A DNA stretch of 64,000 nucleotides from an uncultured delta proteobacterium (GCA_963789265.1 CAWBKB010000001.1:1504001-1568000), one strand, 5' to 3'; shown: positions 50,529-61,767, counted from the stretch's first letter. A program made the numbers and translations. Notes: generated by a model not told the origin, from the sequence alone.

Positions 50529-51305
50529 ATGATAGACACGCACAATCACCTTCTCCCAGGCATTGATGACGGCGCCCGAGACATGGAGGAAACTTTGAGA
50601 ATGTGCCAGGTGGCCCTGGATGACGGAATTAGAGTCATTGTTGCGACCCCTCATTCTTTTGACGGAAGGTTTCGTAATCACGCGGACCCAATAAAATTCC
50701 TCGTCCGGGAGCTGAATGCAGCGTTGACTTCGGCCGGTCTTGACTTAAGAATTGTGCCGGGAATGGAAGTCCGAATTGTGGCAGACCTCCTTGAACTAGT
50801 AGCAGATGGAAAAATCCTCCCCTTGAACGAAGGAAAGTACATTCTACTCGAATTCCACCCCTCTCAATTGCCCGCGGGTTTTGAAAATTTGGCTCGCCAC
50901 CTTGCCTCATCAGGGTTCGGCCTGATCCTCGGTCATCCGGAAAAGAACTCGGCAATTCAGCGCGATCCGGAATATCTCTTCCATTTGTTGAACGAGTTCA
51001 AACCTTGGGACATTCTCATTCAGGTCTCGGCGGACGCTCTAACCGGAGAGCATGGACTTCGCGCGGCAATGACAGCCAAGACGCTTTTCAGACACAATCT
51101 TGTCCACATCATCGCGACTGACGCCCATTCTTCGAGCAAGAGAGCCCCACGCTTGTCAGAGGCGGTGGAGGTGGCTTCGAGCCTGATTGGAAGAGAAAAC
51201 GCCTTGAAAATGGTTCATGAAATACCTAAGGCAGTGCTCGAAGGACGAGCCTTTCCGGAACCGCTGGAACCCATGAATCCCCGGCGCTGGTGGCGGATCT
51301 TTTGA
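50529..51305 (+). CDS. CpsB/CapC-family tyrosine-protein phosphatase (PHP fold)
   Basis: MIDTHNHLLPGIDDG, VATPH, GHPEKN, ATDAH. Confidence 0.92.
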   Translation: MIDTHNHLLPGIDDGARDMEETLRMCQVALDDGIRVIVATPHSFDGRFRNHADPIKFLVRELNAALTSAGLDLRIVPGMEVRIVADLLELVADGKILPLNEGKYILLEFHPSQLPAGFENLARHLASSGFGLILGHPEKNSAIQRDPEYLFHLLNEFKPWDILIQVSADALTGEHGLRAAMTAKTLFRHNLVHIIATDAHSSSKRAPRLSEAVEVASSLIGRENALKMVHEIPKAVLEGRAFPEPLEPMNPRRWWRIF

Positions 51306-51413
51306 TGCGAGCCGGCGGTCCCCGATGCCTCAACTGCTGAATTTTGCAGGGAAATAGCAGGGGCCGAGTTGTTCCCGGCGATGGAATCCCACAAGAAATG
51401 GTGCCGGCCATGT

Positions 51414-52379
51414 CTAAGAGGTGCTGTTTGTTTTGATGATGTGTTGATAGGCTTCCCGGATGAGGTGAAATTTCTTGTTGGCAAATTCCACAAAATCGGC
51501 CGGTAAGCCCTTTCCTTGAATTACGTCGGGATGATACTGTTTCACCAAGCTGCGATATTTTGCTTTAATTTCTTCAGCCCCATCGGTCTTCTTACAATTG
51601 AGAATGGCATAGTACTTGTTGACATTATCAGCTTCCGGGCCATTCTCCTCACGAGGAGCAAATTTGTTGAACACAGCTCCATACGCTCTCAGAAGTTCCA
51701 ATAAATCATCCCAACCCGTCTTAAAGGCCATGTCAAGGGGAGTCTCCCCGTACCTGTTTCCGGCATTGACGTCGGCTCCTGCCTTGATGAGCAACAGGAC
51801 CATTTCCATGTCTCCACTTTCAACAGCTCCCATCAACGCAGTCTTTCCGCTTGCTCGGCTCCTGAAATCTATCTTGGCCCCGCAACTCACCAGGATTCCG
51901 GCTATTTCGTAGTGTCTTCTCTCAGATGCTCTTATCAACGCTGTTTTTCCACTTCTCCCTCCAGTGGCATTAACTCGGGCGCCCATTTTCAGCAAATATC
52001 TTACCATCTCAACATGTCCGTTCTGGGTGGCCACCATTAAGGCTGTCTTTCCACGGTTCGTTCTCCTGGCATTGACGTTGCCTCCAGCCCCTATGAAGCG
52101 CCTTGCGTCATCCAATCTGCCCGATTCGCATGCTCCCAGGAATTCTCGCACGGGTTGGGTCTTCGTCTTTGACCTCGGCAGGGTTGTCCACCATCTGCTC
52201 GGCGATTTGGTAATCTTAGTTCTGTGGGTAATCCGGGCCAAGTCCTGTTCGGTCTTCAATATACGAAAACCTACGAACGAGCGTTTCACCCTGAGCTTGA
52301 TGTAGAATACGGCAAGCACAATGCCAGTGCCGGCGGCGCCCAACAGGAACAGATCTATGATGAATTGCGTGTTATGCAT
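51414..52379 (-). CDS. Membrane-anchored ankyrin-repeat protein with C-terminal DnaJ domain
   Basis: N-terminal TM; GKTALM repeats; YYAILN...IKAKYRSLVKQYHPD. Confidence 0.88.
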   Translation of the reverse strand: MHNTQFIIDLFLLGAAGTGIVLAVFYIKLRVKRSFVGFRILKTEQDLARITHRTKITKSPSRWWTTLPRSKTKTQPVREFLGACESGRLDDARRFIGAGGNVNARRTNRGKTALMVATQNGHVEMVRYLLKMGARVNATGGRSGKTALIRASERRHYEIAGILVSCGAKIDFRSRASGKTALMGAVESGDMEMVLLLIKAGADVNAGNRYGETPLDMAFKTGWDDLLELLRAYGAVFNKFAPREENGPEADNVNKYYAILNCKKTDGAEEIKAKYRSLVKQYHPDVIQGKGLPADFVEFANKKFHLIREAYQHIIKTNSTS

Positions 52380-53435
52380 TGTACGCCGGAGCGAGGTCAA
52401 ACTTGAATTTGTTAAGGAACCCTCGCGAAAATTTGCGTTCACTTGCGGATAATGGTGCTGTGACAATCAAACAAACCAAACGCATCAACTGTTCGGCTTG
52501 CGAAGACGCTCCACATTTTGCCTCGGATACCAAAGCTTATTCGATGAAAGAGACCTTACTCGAGTAATAGATGCGACCAATTGGTTGATGGAACCACCAC
52601 TGGAAACACGTGCGGCCCGTAAGCCCGACAATAAGTAGTCCTATGATAGTCTTTCCGGGCATTCCGATCAAGAAAATTGTTAAAGAAGTGTAAAGGTTTG
52701 GTTAGTACGGCGGATGATATGTAGGTTCGCCATCTTCCCTATTCTAGGAGTCGGTGGAGCATGTTGCATGTCGCATTGTGGCACGGCATGACGTGCCCGG
52801 GTGCCAAGCAAAGCATTAAATGGAGTTCATTGCACCGGCATAAGTTTGTCATCGCTTGCTCCAGTGTCCCTCGCCACGAGCGATCTTTCTCCTTTAACCG
52901 CGAGACTACTCCCCGCAAGTAGCCGGATTTCACCCCTCGCAATCACAGAGGCCGGAAGGTTCTCCACGCAAGCAAATGGATGTGCCGTTATAACGAAACT
53001 CTTGGCAAGGTATCCCCCCATGATATATACTTCGTCTCTCAAGAAATTTTTCCGGGGCGCCGCAAGCGTCTGAAACACCAATTTCGCGAATGAGGTGAGA
53101 CCGGAACTCAGACATATCGAGAAGGTCGACGGCTTAGATAGGACCTCAGAATCGTCAGTTGTAATTTCATTCTCCGGTGACGAGACACTCCAGATCGTCG
53201 ACGGACGAAAGCGCCGGGTAGCATTCCCATTGTTCGGAGATGGCATCCCCAAAATTGTTTTGCAGCCTTTAATATCCCATGACGTTGATTCAGCCGATGC
53301 CGCAACGTTGGCCTATAACTCATTCCAGGAGGTGATCGCCGAAAAGAACCGCCGGACGCCCATGAGTGCCAACCCCCGCGGTGGAGGATTGGCAAATCCA
53401 TTCTAAACTTTCCTATCGTATGAGGAGGGAGCGAC

Positions 53436-54629
53436 ATGAATGCATTGAAGAAGATTCTGTTTGTAATGATCCTTGTTACTCTGGCGACTTGGATTGGCTG
53501 GACTCCGCCGGCAATGTCGGCCGGCGCTGTCAAGGTAGGCTTCATGGCCCCTTATGTAGGCGTTTATGCGAAGTTGGGCATGGACATGGACAAAGGCTTC
53601 AAGATGTACATGGATGAAGTCGGGTGGAAAGGCGGAGGCCGCAAGATAGAGATGATTAAGTCGGATACCGAGGCCAAGCCGTCTCTGGGACCTACCAAGG
53701 CAAAAGAGCTCGTTGAAAAGGATAAGGTCGACATTATAGCCGGCATCGTGCACAGTGGTGTGGCAATGTCCGTCAGAGATTACGTCACAGAAAAAAAGAT
53801 TCCTCTTGTCATTACGAACGCGGGCGCTCCGGCACTGACAGCAGCGAAAAAGAGCCCCTACATATTCCGTGTGTCATTCGCCAATGGTCAACAGGACCTT
53901 GCGGGTGGCTGGTATGCATATAACAAAGAGGGCTACAAGAAAATGGTGCTTGTTGCGCCTGACTATTCCGCGGGCCATGACAAGGCCAAGGGCTTTGCGA
54001 AATATTTCAAAGAGTCAGGGGGCACGGTCGTCAAAGAGATTTATAATCCATTATCTACGCAAGATTTCGGCCCTTATCTTATAGAGGCCAAGAAGGTGGG
54101 CAAGGACATTAACGCAACCTGGAGTTTCGAATCAGGAAGCGACTCGATTCGATTTGTTACCCAATACGCAGAATTCGGCCTGAAGAAGCTCGCTCCTTTG
54201 TTCTGCGTGGGGGACACGATTGATGACGCTTTCATCCCGTCCATGGGTGACGCGGCCTTGGGTTCCAAGACCTATACGCACTATTGCATTTCCATAGATA
54301 ATCCGCAGAACAAAAAGTTTGTCGCGGACTACCGGAAGAAATACAAGCAAGATCCCAGCATGTTCTCGGAAGCGGCATACATAGGGGCGAAAGCCATCGT
54401 TGAGACACTCAACGCGATTCATGGCGAAGTCGAAGATAAGCCCGCATTCCTTGCCGCTATGAGGAAAGTGTCATTCGCGGCACCTCGCGGCCCGTTCAAA
54501 TACGATGCCAATCAGAACGTGATCGAGAATGTGTACATCACAAGTGTCGAAAAAGTTGGGAACAAGATTCTGAACGTAGTAAAAGGCGTGATCCCCAATG
54601 TCGATCAAAATTGGAGCCCCCCTAAATAG
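53436..54629 (+). CDS. ABC transporter substrate-binding protein (LivJ-like, aromatic-acid type)
   Basis: Signal peptide; KVGFMAPY.G.YA, G.VHSGVA, APDYSAG, PRGPF. Confidence 0.9.
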   Translation: MNALKKILFVMILVTLATWIGWTPPAMSAGAVKVGFMAPYVGVYAKLGMDMDKGFKMYMDEVGWKGGGRKIEMIKSDTEAKPSLGPTKAKELVEKDKVDIIAGIVHSGVAMSVRDYVTEKKIPLVITNAGAPALTAAKKSPYIFRVSFANGQQDLAGGWYAYNKEGYKKMVLVAPDYSAGHDKAKGFAKYFKESGGTVVKEIYNPLSTQDFGPYLIEAKKVGKDINATWSFESGSDSIRFVTQYAEFGLKKLAPLFCVGDTIDDAFIPSMGDAALGSKTYTHYCISIDNPQNKKFVADYRKKYKQDPSMFSEAAYIGAKAIVETLNAIHGEVEDKPAFLAAMRKVSFAAPRGPFKYDANQNVIENVYITSVEKVGNKILNVVKGVIPNVDQNWSPPK

Positions 54630-54748
54630 GGCTTGCTCAAACATGTCCTTCGGGGCCAATGCTCTGATGAAGAGTTGACCGCCCCGAAGAACTTCTCAGA
54701 GGTCCTCACATATACGCAGTAAGCATTCACTTACGCGCGGGGAGAATT

Positions 54749-54918
54749 TGTCATTGCGAGTCCCGCCTCCCGCGGGACGAAGCAATCTTTTCCTTTAAAC
54801 GCCGCTAAGATTGCCGGTGGGACGTCCCGCGCGGAACGCGGGATTGCCCGTCATCCCTAATGAACAGGCTGTCCCGCGCCTCGCTGGACTGTCCCACCAT
54901 GCACTCCTCGCAATGACA
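54749..54918. repeat. Palindromic REP-like repeat (TGTCATTGCGAG...CTCGCAATGACA)
   Basis: Terminal inverted repeat with internal GAAGCAATCT/AGATTGC; degenerate copy at ~46396-46435. Confidence 0.75.
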
Positions 54919-54998
54919 AGATGAAGAAGATCCCCCGCATACGTGAATGGTGACTATACGCACCTAATTCTCCTGACAAGAACCAAGGAGCAGAACAG

Positions 54999-56672
54999 AT
55001 GGAAGGTTTCACGCCTTGGCCCCCGGAATTCGCTCAAAGATACAGATCTGCCGGCTATTGGATCGACAAAACTATCAGCGAAGTCATGGATGAGAGTTTC
55101 GCTCGCTTCGAGTCGCGAACCGCTCTTGTCGTGGATACCGGGCATAGGTTTACGTACGGGGAGTTGGGAAAACGGGTACACCGACTGGCCTTGCACCTGA
55201 ATAGTCTGGGGTTGAAGGTTTACGATCGGCTGGTGTTGCACATGCCCAACGTGGCTGAACTGGTGATTACTTACTTGGCCGCTATCAAAGCAGGAGTAAT
55301 TCCCATCATGGCGCTGGCCGCCCACCGGGAGACGGAGATCGGATATTTTGTCAAACTCTCCGAGGCGCGGGCTCTGGCTATCACTGCTTCTTTCAAGGGT
55401 TTCGACTATCAGCAAATGGCAGCGGCGGTTCAGGCCAAAAATCCTACGCTCGAGAATGTACTCGTCGCCGGCGGCGACCCAAGAACGGGTTATCACTCCA
55501 TTGATGCTTTTCTAGCGGATCCGATTGAGGAAAGAGTAAGCACTGCCGGGCTTCCCAGGCCGGATCCCGATCTACCCGCGGCGATAATTCTTTCCGGCGG
55601 CACAACCGGTGATCCGAAGCTGGTTCCCCATACCCACAACGATTACGTGTACATTTCTCGGCGCAATGCCGAAATTTGTGAGTTTGACCGGGACACCATC
55701 ACGCTGATTGCGATTCCGCAAGGCCACAATTTCGCTCTAGCCACCCCGGGTCTTCAGTCGGTGCTCTTTAGCGGCGGCTGCGAAGTGCTGTCAAGCGACC
55801 CGTCGGCGGGTGGAATGATGGGAATGATACAAAAATATGGAGTTACGCATTGTTCTGCCGTTCCAACAATTATTCTGGGTATGCTCGATCACCCGAAACT
55901 ATCCGACTATGACCTAAGCTCCCTGAAGGTCATTTTGACCGGCGGGGCAAAATTGAACCCAGAGATAGCCATACGCATACGGCCCGAACTCGGCTGCGAA
56001 GTCCAACAAGTTCTTGGAATGGCTGAAGGCTTTTTGTTCTGGACGCGACTCGGTGAACCGGACGAAATCAATCTCTATACCCAGGGGCGTCCGCAATCGC
56101 CTGCTGACGAGCTCAGGATCGTGGACCCCGCTACCGGAGCCGACGTTCCCCCGGGTGAGATGGGAGAGGCCTGGGGCCGCGGCCCCCACACTATTCGTGG
56201 ATATTATCGTGCCCCTGAACGTAATGCCGTGGCGTTCTCACCCGACGGATTCTACAAAACAGGAGATTTGGTTCGGCTCCATCCAAGCGGGAACGTGATA
56301 TACGAAGGCCGCATCAAAGATTGCATCAACCGGGGCGGTGAGAAAATAAGCGCGGAAGAAATTGAAAATCATCTCCTGGCCCACCCCAAAGTGGCCAACT
56401 GCGCCTGCGTGGCCATGCCGGACCCTATTCTCGGAGAACGGACCTGCGCTTACGTGATCCCAACTCCTGGAGAGGCGCTGACTTTGGCGGAACTCTGTGA
56501 ATTTCTTGTCAACGAACGCAAGATAGCAAAATTCAAGCTTCCGGAGCGTCTCGAACTGGTGGATTCTTTCCCGGTGACTGCTGTAGGAAAACTCAGCAAG
56601 AAGATGCTTCGCGAAATGATAGCGGCAAAGGTTTCGGGTGAGAGACAAGCCAATCAGGCCGCTGCACGTTGA
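54999..56672 (+). CDS. Aryl-acid AMP ligase (EntE/DhbE-like)
   Basis: LSGGTTGDPKL, HNFAL, VLGMAEG, YKTGD, NRGGEKI. Confidence 0.9.
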   Translation: MEGFTPWPPEFAQRYRSAGYWIDKTISEVMDESFARFESRTALVVDTGHRFTYGELGKRVHRLALHLNSLGLKVYDRLVLHMPNVAELVITYLAAIKAGVIPIMALAAHRETEIGYFVKLSEARALAITASFKGFDYQQMAAAVQAKNPTLENVLVAGGDPRTGYHSIDAFLADPIEERVSTAGLPRPDPDLPAAIILSGGTTGDPKLVPHTHNDYVYISRRNAEICEFDRDTITLIAIPQGHNFALATPGLQSVLFSGGCEVLSSDPSAGGMMGMIQKYGVTHCSAVPTIILGMLDHPKLSDYDLSSLKVILTGGAKLNPEIAIRIRPELGCEVQQVLGMAEGFLFWTRLGEPDEINLYTQGRPQSPADELRIVDPATGADVPPGEMGEAWGRGPHTIRGYYRAPERNAVAFSPDGFYKTGDLVRLHPSGNVIYEGRIKDCINRGGEKISAEEIENHLLAHPKVANCACVAMPDPILGERTCAYVIPTPGEALTLAELCEFLVNERKIAKFKLPERLELVDSFPVTAVGKLSKKMLREMIAAKVSGERQANQAAAR

Positions 56673-56749
56673 CGGCAATTGGGTGCAGTGAGAATCATGC
56701 GAGTTCTGGGTACACCACAATTAATTGACAAGTGATGTGGGATTGATTT

Positions 56750-56872
56750 GGGGTCAGGTCTTGCTTCTTGCGCATTTTGCTCGTGTTGGACAGAGGGACA
56801 AGCTGCGATCTGACTCACGCAGGGATCAAGACCTGAGCCAAGGACAGACCCGCCTGACCCTTGCCTGACCCC
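56750..56872. repeat. GGGTCAGGTCTTG-type REP/MITE, degenerate copy
   Basis: GGGGTCAGGTCTTG ... CAAGACCTGAGCC plus extra CCTGACCC ends. Confidence 0.55.
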
Positions 56873-56910
56873 TACTCACAGGGGCTTTCCTTTCGGCGAG
56901 GCCTTGGCCT

Positions 56911-56988
56911 CGTCGTCATTCCGGCGGGGGCCGGAATCCAGGTTTTCGTAATCTTCTCTGGACCCCGGCCTTCGCCGGGGTGACGGCG
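56911..56988. repeat. Palindromic REP-like repeat (CGTCATTCCGGC...GGGGTGACG)
   Basis: Multi-hairpin palindrome; related copy at 57513-57573. Confidence 0.7.
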
Positions 56989-57088
56989 CTAGTAGACGGC
57001 GTTCTCTTAAGTCAACAGCATTGGGCCGGCGCTGCCGGCCAAGGAGTTCTCATTCTTTTGAACGCGAAATGGTTCAACACACCACCCG

Positions 57089-57418
57089 CTACTCCTCTTG
57101 CTGGAAGATATCCTTCGCAAGAAGGATCGCCGACATTGCTGTGGGCCACCCTGCGTAAAAGGCGAGATGCGTAATCAATTCGACGATTTCATCCTTGCTG
57201 ATGCCATTCTCAAGAGCCCGCGCGAGATGGAAGGGCAACTGCTCGGTGCGGTTGAGCGCGACGAGAGTCGCGACCGTGATCAGACTACGGTCGCGCTTTG
57301 ACAGGCCGGGCCGTTCCCAAATGTCTCCAAAGAGAACATCCTCAGTGAGTTCAGTGAGCTTCGGAGCGACTTCGCCGATAAGCTCGCGTACGGTCGGAGT
57401 GGGCTGGTTCGATGCCAT
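57089..57418 (-). CDS. Carboxymuconolactone decarboxylase-family protein
   Basis: LFGDIWERPGLSKRDRSLIT...HLAFYAGWP; AAGGAGG RBS. Confidence 0.92.
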   Translation of the reverse strand: MASNQPTPTVRELIGEVAPKLTELTEDVLFGDIWERPGLSKRDRSLITVATLVALNRTEQLPFHLARALENGISKDEIVELITHLAFYAGWPTAMSAILLAKDIFQQEE

Positions 57419-57657
57419 TGTTTCCTCCTTGGTGTATAAGTATACCGATTCCCTTTCGAGCAAGTGATTCCGTGATTTTGGTGGGACAGTCACGCCCGGG
57501 CGTGATTGCCTGTCGTCATGCCCGCGTACGCGGGCATCCAGACTGGACCCCGGATCGGAGTCCGGGGCGACGAATAGCAGGCAGTCCCGCGTTCCCGCGC
57601 GGGATGCCCCACCACATCCTGTTTTGGGATTGTTACTTGCTTGATGGCGCATTGTTA

Positions 57658-58764
57658 TTAGATCTCTATCATCTCGTATTCTGACGTACCTAGACCTATC
57701 TCCTCTCCATAAGTGATCTGCATGAGGCCACGGGTATGTTGCCAGACCGCGCCGAATTTGTCTTGTCCGGAAGCCACTGGCCGATCTAGAATTGATCGCT
57801 CGATACTCGCCTGAGCCGTCACCAGATCATAGCTCGCCTTGTCCAGTGCGACGGGATCCGTCGAAGCGAGGATGCCGATGTCAGGAACGATTGGCGAGTC
57901 GCTCCAAGGCACGCAGTCGCAATCCGGGGTGATGTTGAGAAGGAAGTTCATGTAACATACTTTGCCTGTCTTGTTCTTAACCGCTCCGTACGCGTATTCG
58001 GTCAATCTTTCCATGAACTCCGGAATATCTGAAAACCAGTCGGGCTGTACGGCTGTCTCCTGGCACACGGTAACGCACTCGAAACACCCGATGCACTTTT
58101 CCTGGTTCACGACAGACTTACCGTCCTCCACGAGCACTGCCCCTGCCGGACACGCTTCTTCACACAGTCCGCAGCCAATGCATTTTGCCTGATCCACAGT
58201 GACTCGGGCTGAATGCTGTTCTCGCCTGCCCCCATTCGATGCGCACCCCATGGCAAGATTCTTGATTGCTCCAGCGAACCCCGCGACCATGTGCCCCTTG
58301 AAGTGAGAAAGGACCACCATAGAGTCCGCCCGGTAAATGTCCTGTCCGATGGAAACCTCCTTGAGCCGCTTGAGATTGACTTCGACCTGAACCGCATTGT
58401 GGCCGCGGATGCCATCCGCGATGATTACCGGGGCACCTACCACGGAAAAGGCAAATCCGTGTTCGAACGCCGTAACGATATGATCTACCGCGTTCATTCG
58501 GGTGCTCATGTAGAGGGTATTCGTGTCGGTAAGGAATGGCTTGCCCCCGGCGGTCTTCACTTTGTCCACGATCTGCCTGACATACATGGGCCGCAGGTGA
58601 GAATCGTTTCCGTGCTCTCCAAAGTGGAGTTTGATGGCGGTCAGATCTTCCTTTGCTACGATCTTATCCAAACCTACGGCCTCGGCCAGCCGCCTCACTT
58701 TGGCAATTTTGTTATCCAGATGGCTTCTTGTCCTTGCGTTGCAAAAATATACAGGTGACGGCAT
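57658..58764 (-). CDS. DUF362 iron-sulfur protein with 2x[4Fe-4S] ferredoxin insert
   Basis: IKLHFGE, SHFKGH, KNLAMG, two CxxCxxCxxxC motifs, PDCDC. Confidence 0.92.
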   Translation of the reverse strand: MPSPVYFCNARTRSHLDNKIAKVRRLAEAVGLDKIVAKEDLTAIKLHFGEHGNDSHLRPMYVRQIVDKVKTAGGKPFLTDTNTLYMSTRMNAVDHIVTAFEHGFAFSVVGAPVIIADGIRGHNAVQVEVNLKRLKEVSIGQDIYRADSMVVLSHFKGHMVAGFAGAIKNLAMGCASNGGRREQHSARVTVDQAKCIGCGLCEEACPAGAVLVEDGKSVVNQEKCIGCFECVTVCQETAVQPDWFSDIPEFMERLTEYAYGAVKNKTGKVCYMNFLLNITPDCDCVPWSDSPIVPDIGILASTDPVALDKASYDLVTAQASIERSILDRPVASGQDKFGAVWQHTRGLMQITYGEEIGLGTSEYEMIEI

Positions 58765-59022
58765 GTTTCCTCCTATTCTTCAATCGTGGTCCGTCGTCCG
58801 TAGTGATGGCTCAGTTTTCGAGGTAAAATCACGGCCGACTGTTGCCTCATGATAGGGTTAACATCCGGAACATTCCATACACGATTCTACGAAAGTCTTG
58901 CCTATTCCTGCCGGATCTGCCAAACCCGGCGAGACTGTTGCAGAAACCTTGTGTGTTCCGCGCGGAAACGTATTGCCGTAAACTCACAAGGCGAGTCTGC
59001 AAGGAGGACGAGAGCAGTGAAA

Positions 59023-59946
59023 ATGGCTGAAAAAGAACGGCTGGTCGAATTGCTGAGAAAACTCGCTGCGCAGGAAGGCATCTCGCAATCCATCCTGAAT
59101 GGTGTTCAGTTCATGCGTGCTAACAATTCCTATCCCCGTGCGCCGGTGATATACGACCAGCGCATCGTCATTGTAGGACAAGGGCGCAAGAAAGGTTACT
59201 TGGGTGATCAGGTCTACACTTATGGTGCTTACAACTACCTGGTGCTCGCCGCGTCACTCCCATTCGAGTGCGAGACGGAAGCGAGCCCGGAAAAGCCCTT
59301 GCTCGCCGTGTCGATCCAAGTCTCTTCAGTCGGGCTGGGAGAGTTGCTCGTGGACATGGATGGAGATGCCGACGACGACCGACCCGCCCCACTGGGGATC
59401 TATTCAACACCGTTAACTGATGCGCCGATTAGTGCAACCGTCCGCCTATTGGAATGCCTGTGCTCCCCCATGGACAGTCGCATTTTGGGGCCACAGATCG
59501 TGCGGGAAATCACGTATCGAGTGTTGTGCGGGGAACAGGGTGGGGCTTTGCGGGCACTGGCGACCCGGCACAGTTCTTTCGGCCAAATCGCTCGGGTTCT
59601 AAGGCGAATCCATTCGGAATACTCCAATGCGCTCGACGTTGAGACATTAGCCGAAGATGCCAGCATGAGCGTGTCGACATTCCACCGGACCTTCAAGGCG
59701 GTCACAGCCACCTCACCCCTGCAATATCTGAAAAGCATTCGACTGCACAAGGCGCGGTTGTTGATGCTCCAGGAAGGACTCAATGCCGGCACCGCTGCGG
59801 CGCGGGTCGGCTACGAAAGCGCCTCCCAGTTCAGCCGTGAATTCAAACGCTTCTTTGGGAACAGCCCTGTTGTTGAGAGTGCAAAGATGCGGGGAATGGA
59901 GCGCCTGTTACCCACTCTGTCGACAGAGAGTGGATCGTTCGCTTGA
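59023..59946 (+). CDS. AraC-family transcriptional regulator
   Basis: GQGRK N-terminal domain; MSVSTFHRTFK..SPLQYLK..RL; VGYESASQFSREFKR.FG. Confidence 0.93.
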   Translation: MAEKERLVELLRKLAAQEGISQSILNGVQFMRANNSYPRAPVIYDQRIVIVGQGRKKGYLGDQVYTYGAYNYLVLAASLPFECETEASPEKPLLAVSIQVSSVGLGELLVDMDGDADDDRPAPLGIYSTPLTDAPISATVRLLECLCSPMDSRILGPQIVREITYRVLCGEQGGALRALATRHSSFGQIARVLRRIHSEYSNALDVETLAEDASMSVSTFHRTFKAVTATSPLQYLKSIRLHKARLLMLQEGLNAGTAAARVGYESASQFSREFKRFFGNSPVVESAKMRGMERLLPTLSTESGSFA

Positions 59947-60023
59947 CTCCGTTACACAGACAACGTTCGCATTGCTGCTGTCGCGAGTTCAGGGACGATT
60001 TTGAAAGGAGAAGCGGGTGTCTC

Positions 60024-60139
60024 GGGTCAAATCTTGCTTTTTGTCTCATCGAGATCGCGGCGCAGATGGGGCTCCATTGCTCCCTGGTGAGCAGAACTGC
60101 CCAGCGCGAAAGGCAGTACTCAAGAAGCAAGGCCTGACC
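60024..60139. repeat. ~115-bp MITE/REP-like repeat, copy 1
   Basis: Terminal inverted repeats GGTCAAATCTTG/CAAGGCCTGACC; homologous to 61826-61943 and 63595-63710. Confidence 0.8.
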
Positions 60140-60480
60140 ACATCGCGCGGAGTATCATCGCCAAAGTGATGCGACCAACGGGATGCAGCGGGAGGATTGC
60201 AAAAACGGACTAATGCTAAGAAAATAGACCTAACCACGAGTATTGCGGGTGCGAAAATTGATTGACGGAGCGGCATTGGGTGAAGTATGCTCAATGCTCA
60301 ATAGGAGTGCAAAAAGAGCTTTCTCAAATCCACCACGATGGTTTGGTCTCTTCGCGGTCTCGCGGGAGCTTGTCGCATAAGCGATTTAGATTTGCGGAAC
60401 CGGTGTTGGGAATCTAACCGGTCTCAGGACATCCAAGGTAAAGAACTGCCGCATGATGTCGGTCAATTGGGAAGGATGAG

Positions 60481-61767
60481 ATGAGTGCTGATACCCCAGC
60501 TATGAATAATGGGCCTCGCGGTTACGTCATCCGCGCCCTAGTCACAATCCTTGCTATCTTTGCCTATGGCTGGATAATTTTTCTGCTTAACCCAGTGGCA
60601 ACCTTGGGAACAGCTAAGTTTGCCTCCAAACAGTTTGAAAATAGTGATATCGGATATGCAGTATCACTATTCGGAATGGATTTTTTTAAGAATTTGGGTG
60701 TTCCAACCGTAGTAATCGTGCTGGTCCTCATTTGGATCTGGTGGAAACCCATTAAGTCTTTTTTCAAATCGAATGGGGCACCGCTTGCAATGATGGCTCT
60801 TGTCCTGTTAACAAGCACGCAGCTATTTGCCTACTATGATAAGACGGACTACACCGAGGCTTACTTTGTTCTTCCAAACGAGTCAGCCTTCTTTATCCCG
60901 GACGTCGGAGCCAACAAGAGTAGTCAGAGCCAATTCGGTTCTGAGCAGTATTTGAGGGAGAATAAGATTGCGGCCAAGAGGTTCATCATCCCGCATGCCA
61001 AACTTGCCGGCTCTGGTGCCTGGAGTGACTTCTACGTACCGACCGGCCGGTTGATTATAGTCGACCGCACGCCATACAACCGTGAGTGGGTTAAATCCAT
61101 ATCGCGAGGAACTTCAGCCAGGAATCAAGGATTCCCGGTCCAAAGCAAAGAAGGGCTCAATATCACGGTTGGAATAGCCATTGCTACTTCGGTGACTGAA
61201 GATGACTCACCCAGGTTTCTGTTCCGTTTTGGTGTGAAGCCTCCTGTAGGCGATCGAACCAAGCCTCAGGTTATTTTTACCTCTGTGTATTACGGACGTA
61301 GTCTTACCGAAGTGATGGACGGTGTCGTAAGAGACAAGGTTCAAGCTTTGTTAGGCAATGAGTTTACCAAGCGTGCTTTCGATGAGGCTAACGCACAAGC
61401 CGAACAGATTATGGCGAGTGTCCAGACAAACCTCGAAAAATATCTGAAGTCAGTTGGTATCACACTTGATTACATCGGCTGGGCTGACACATTTGAGTTT
61501 GACGCTTCTGTGCAAAATGCGATTAACCGGCGCTATATAGCGACGCAGGATGAGGCGATTGCGCAACGACTGAGTCCGTACACGTCAACCATACAAAGTC
61601 TGGCAGCGGCTGAAGCACTGAGGTCCTTCGGCAACAAGACGGATGGAAAGCTTCCTACCAACGTCTCGTTGTGGTGGCTTCCATCCAGGCTGAGTGAGTT
61701 CTTGGAAGGACTGTTGAATCCAAGATCTGAAACGGCTCTCCCCACAGGAAAAGCTCCAAAGAAATAG
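60481..61767 (+). CDS. SPFH/Band 7 domain membrane protein
   Basis: N-terminal TMs; VQSKEGLNITVG, GITLDYIG, VQNAIN. Confidence 0.75.
   Translation: MSADTPAMNNGPRGYVIRALVTILAIFAYGWIIFLLNPVATLGTAKFASKQFENSDIGYAVSLFGMDFFKNLGVPTVVIVLVLIWIWWKPIKSFFKSNGAPLAMMALVLLTSTQLFAYYDKTDYTEAYFVLPNESAFFIPDVGANKSSQSQFGSEQYLRENKIAAKRFIIPHAKLAGSGAWSDFYVPTGRLIIVDRTPYNREWVKSISRGTSARNQGFPVQSKEGLNITVGIAIATSVTEDDSPRFLFRFGVKPPVGDRTKPQVIFTSVYYGRSLTEVMDGVVRDKVQALLGNEFTKRAFDEANAQAEQIMASVQTNLEKYLKSVGITLDYIGWADTFEFDASVQNAINRRYIATQDEAIAQRLSPYTSTIQSLAAAEALRSFGNKTDGKLPTNVSLWWLPSRLSEFLEGLLNPRSETALPTGKAPKK

Noticed and set aside
52779..52810. Sigma54 promoter at TGGCACGGCATG
   Set aside because: The -12 TTGC element is missing at the required spacing.
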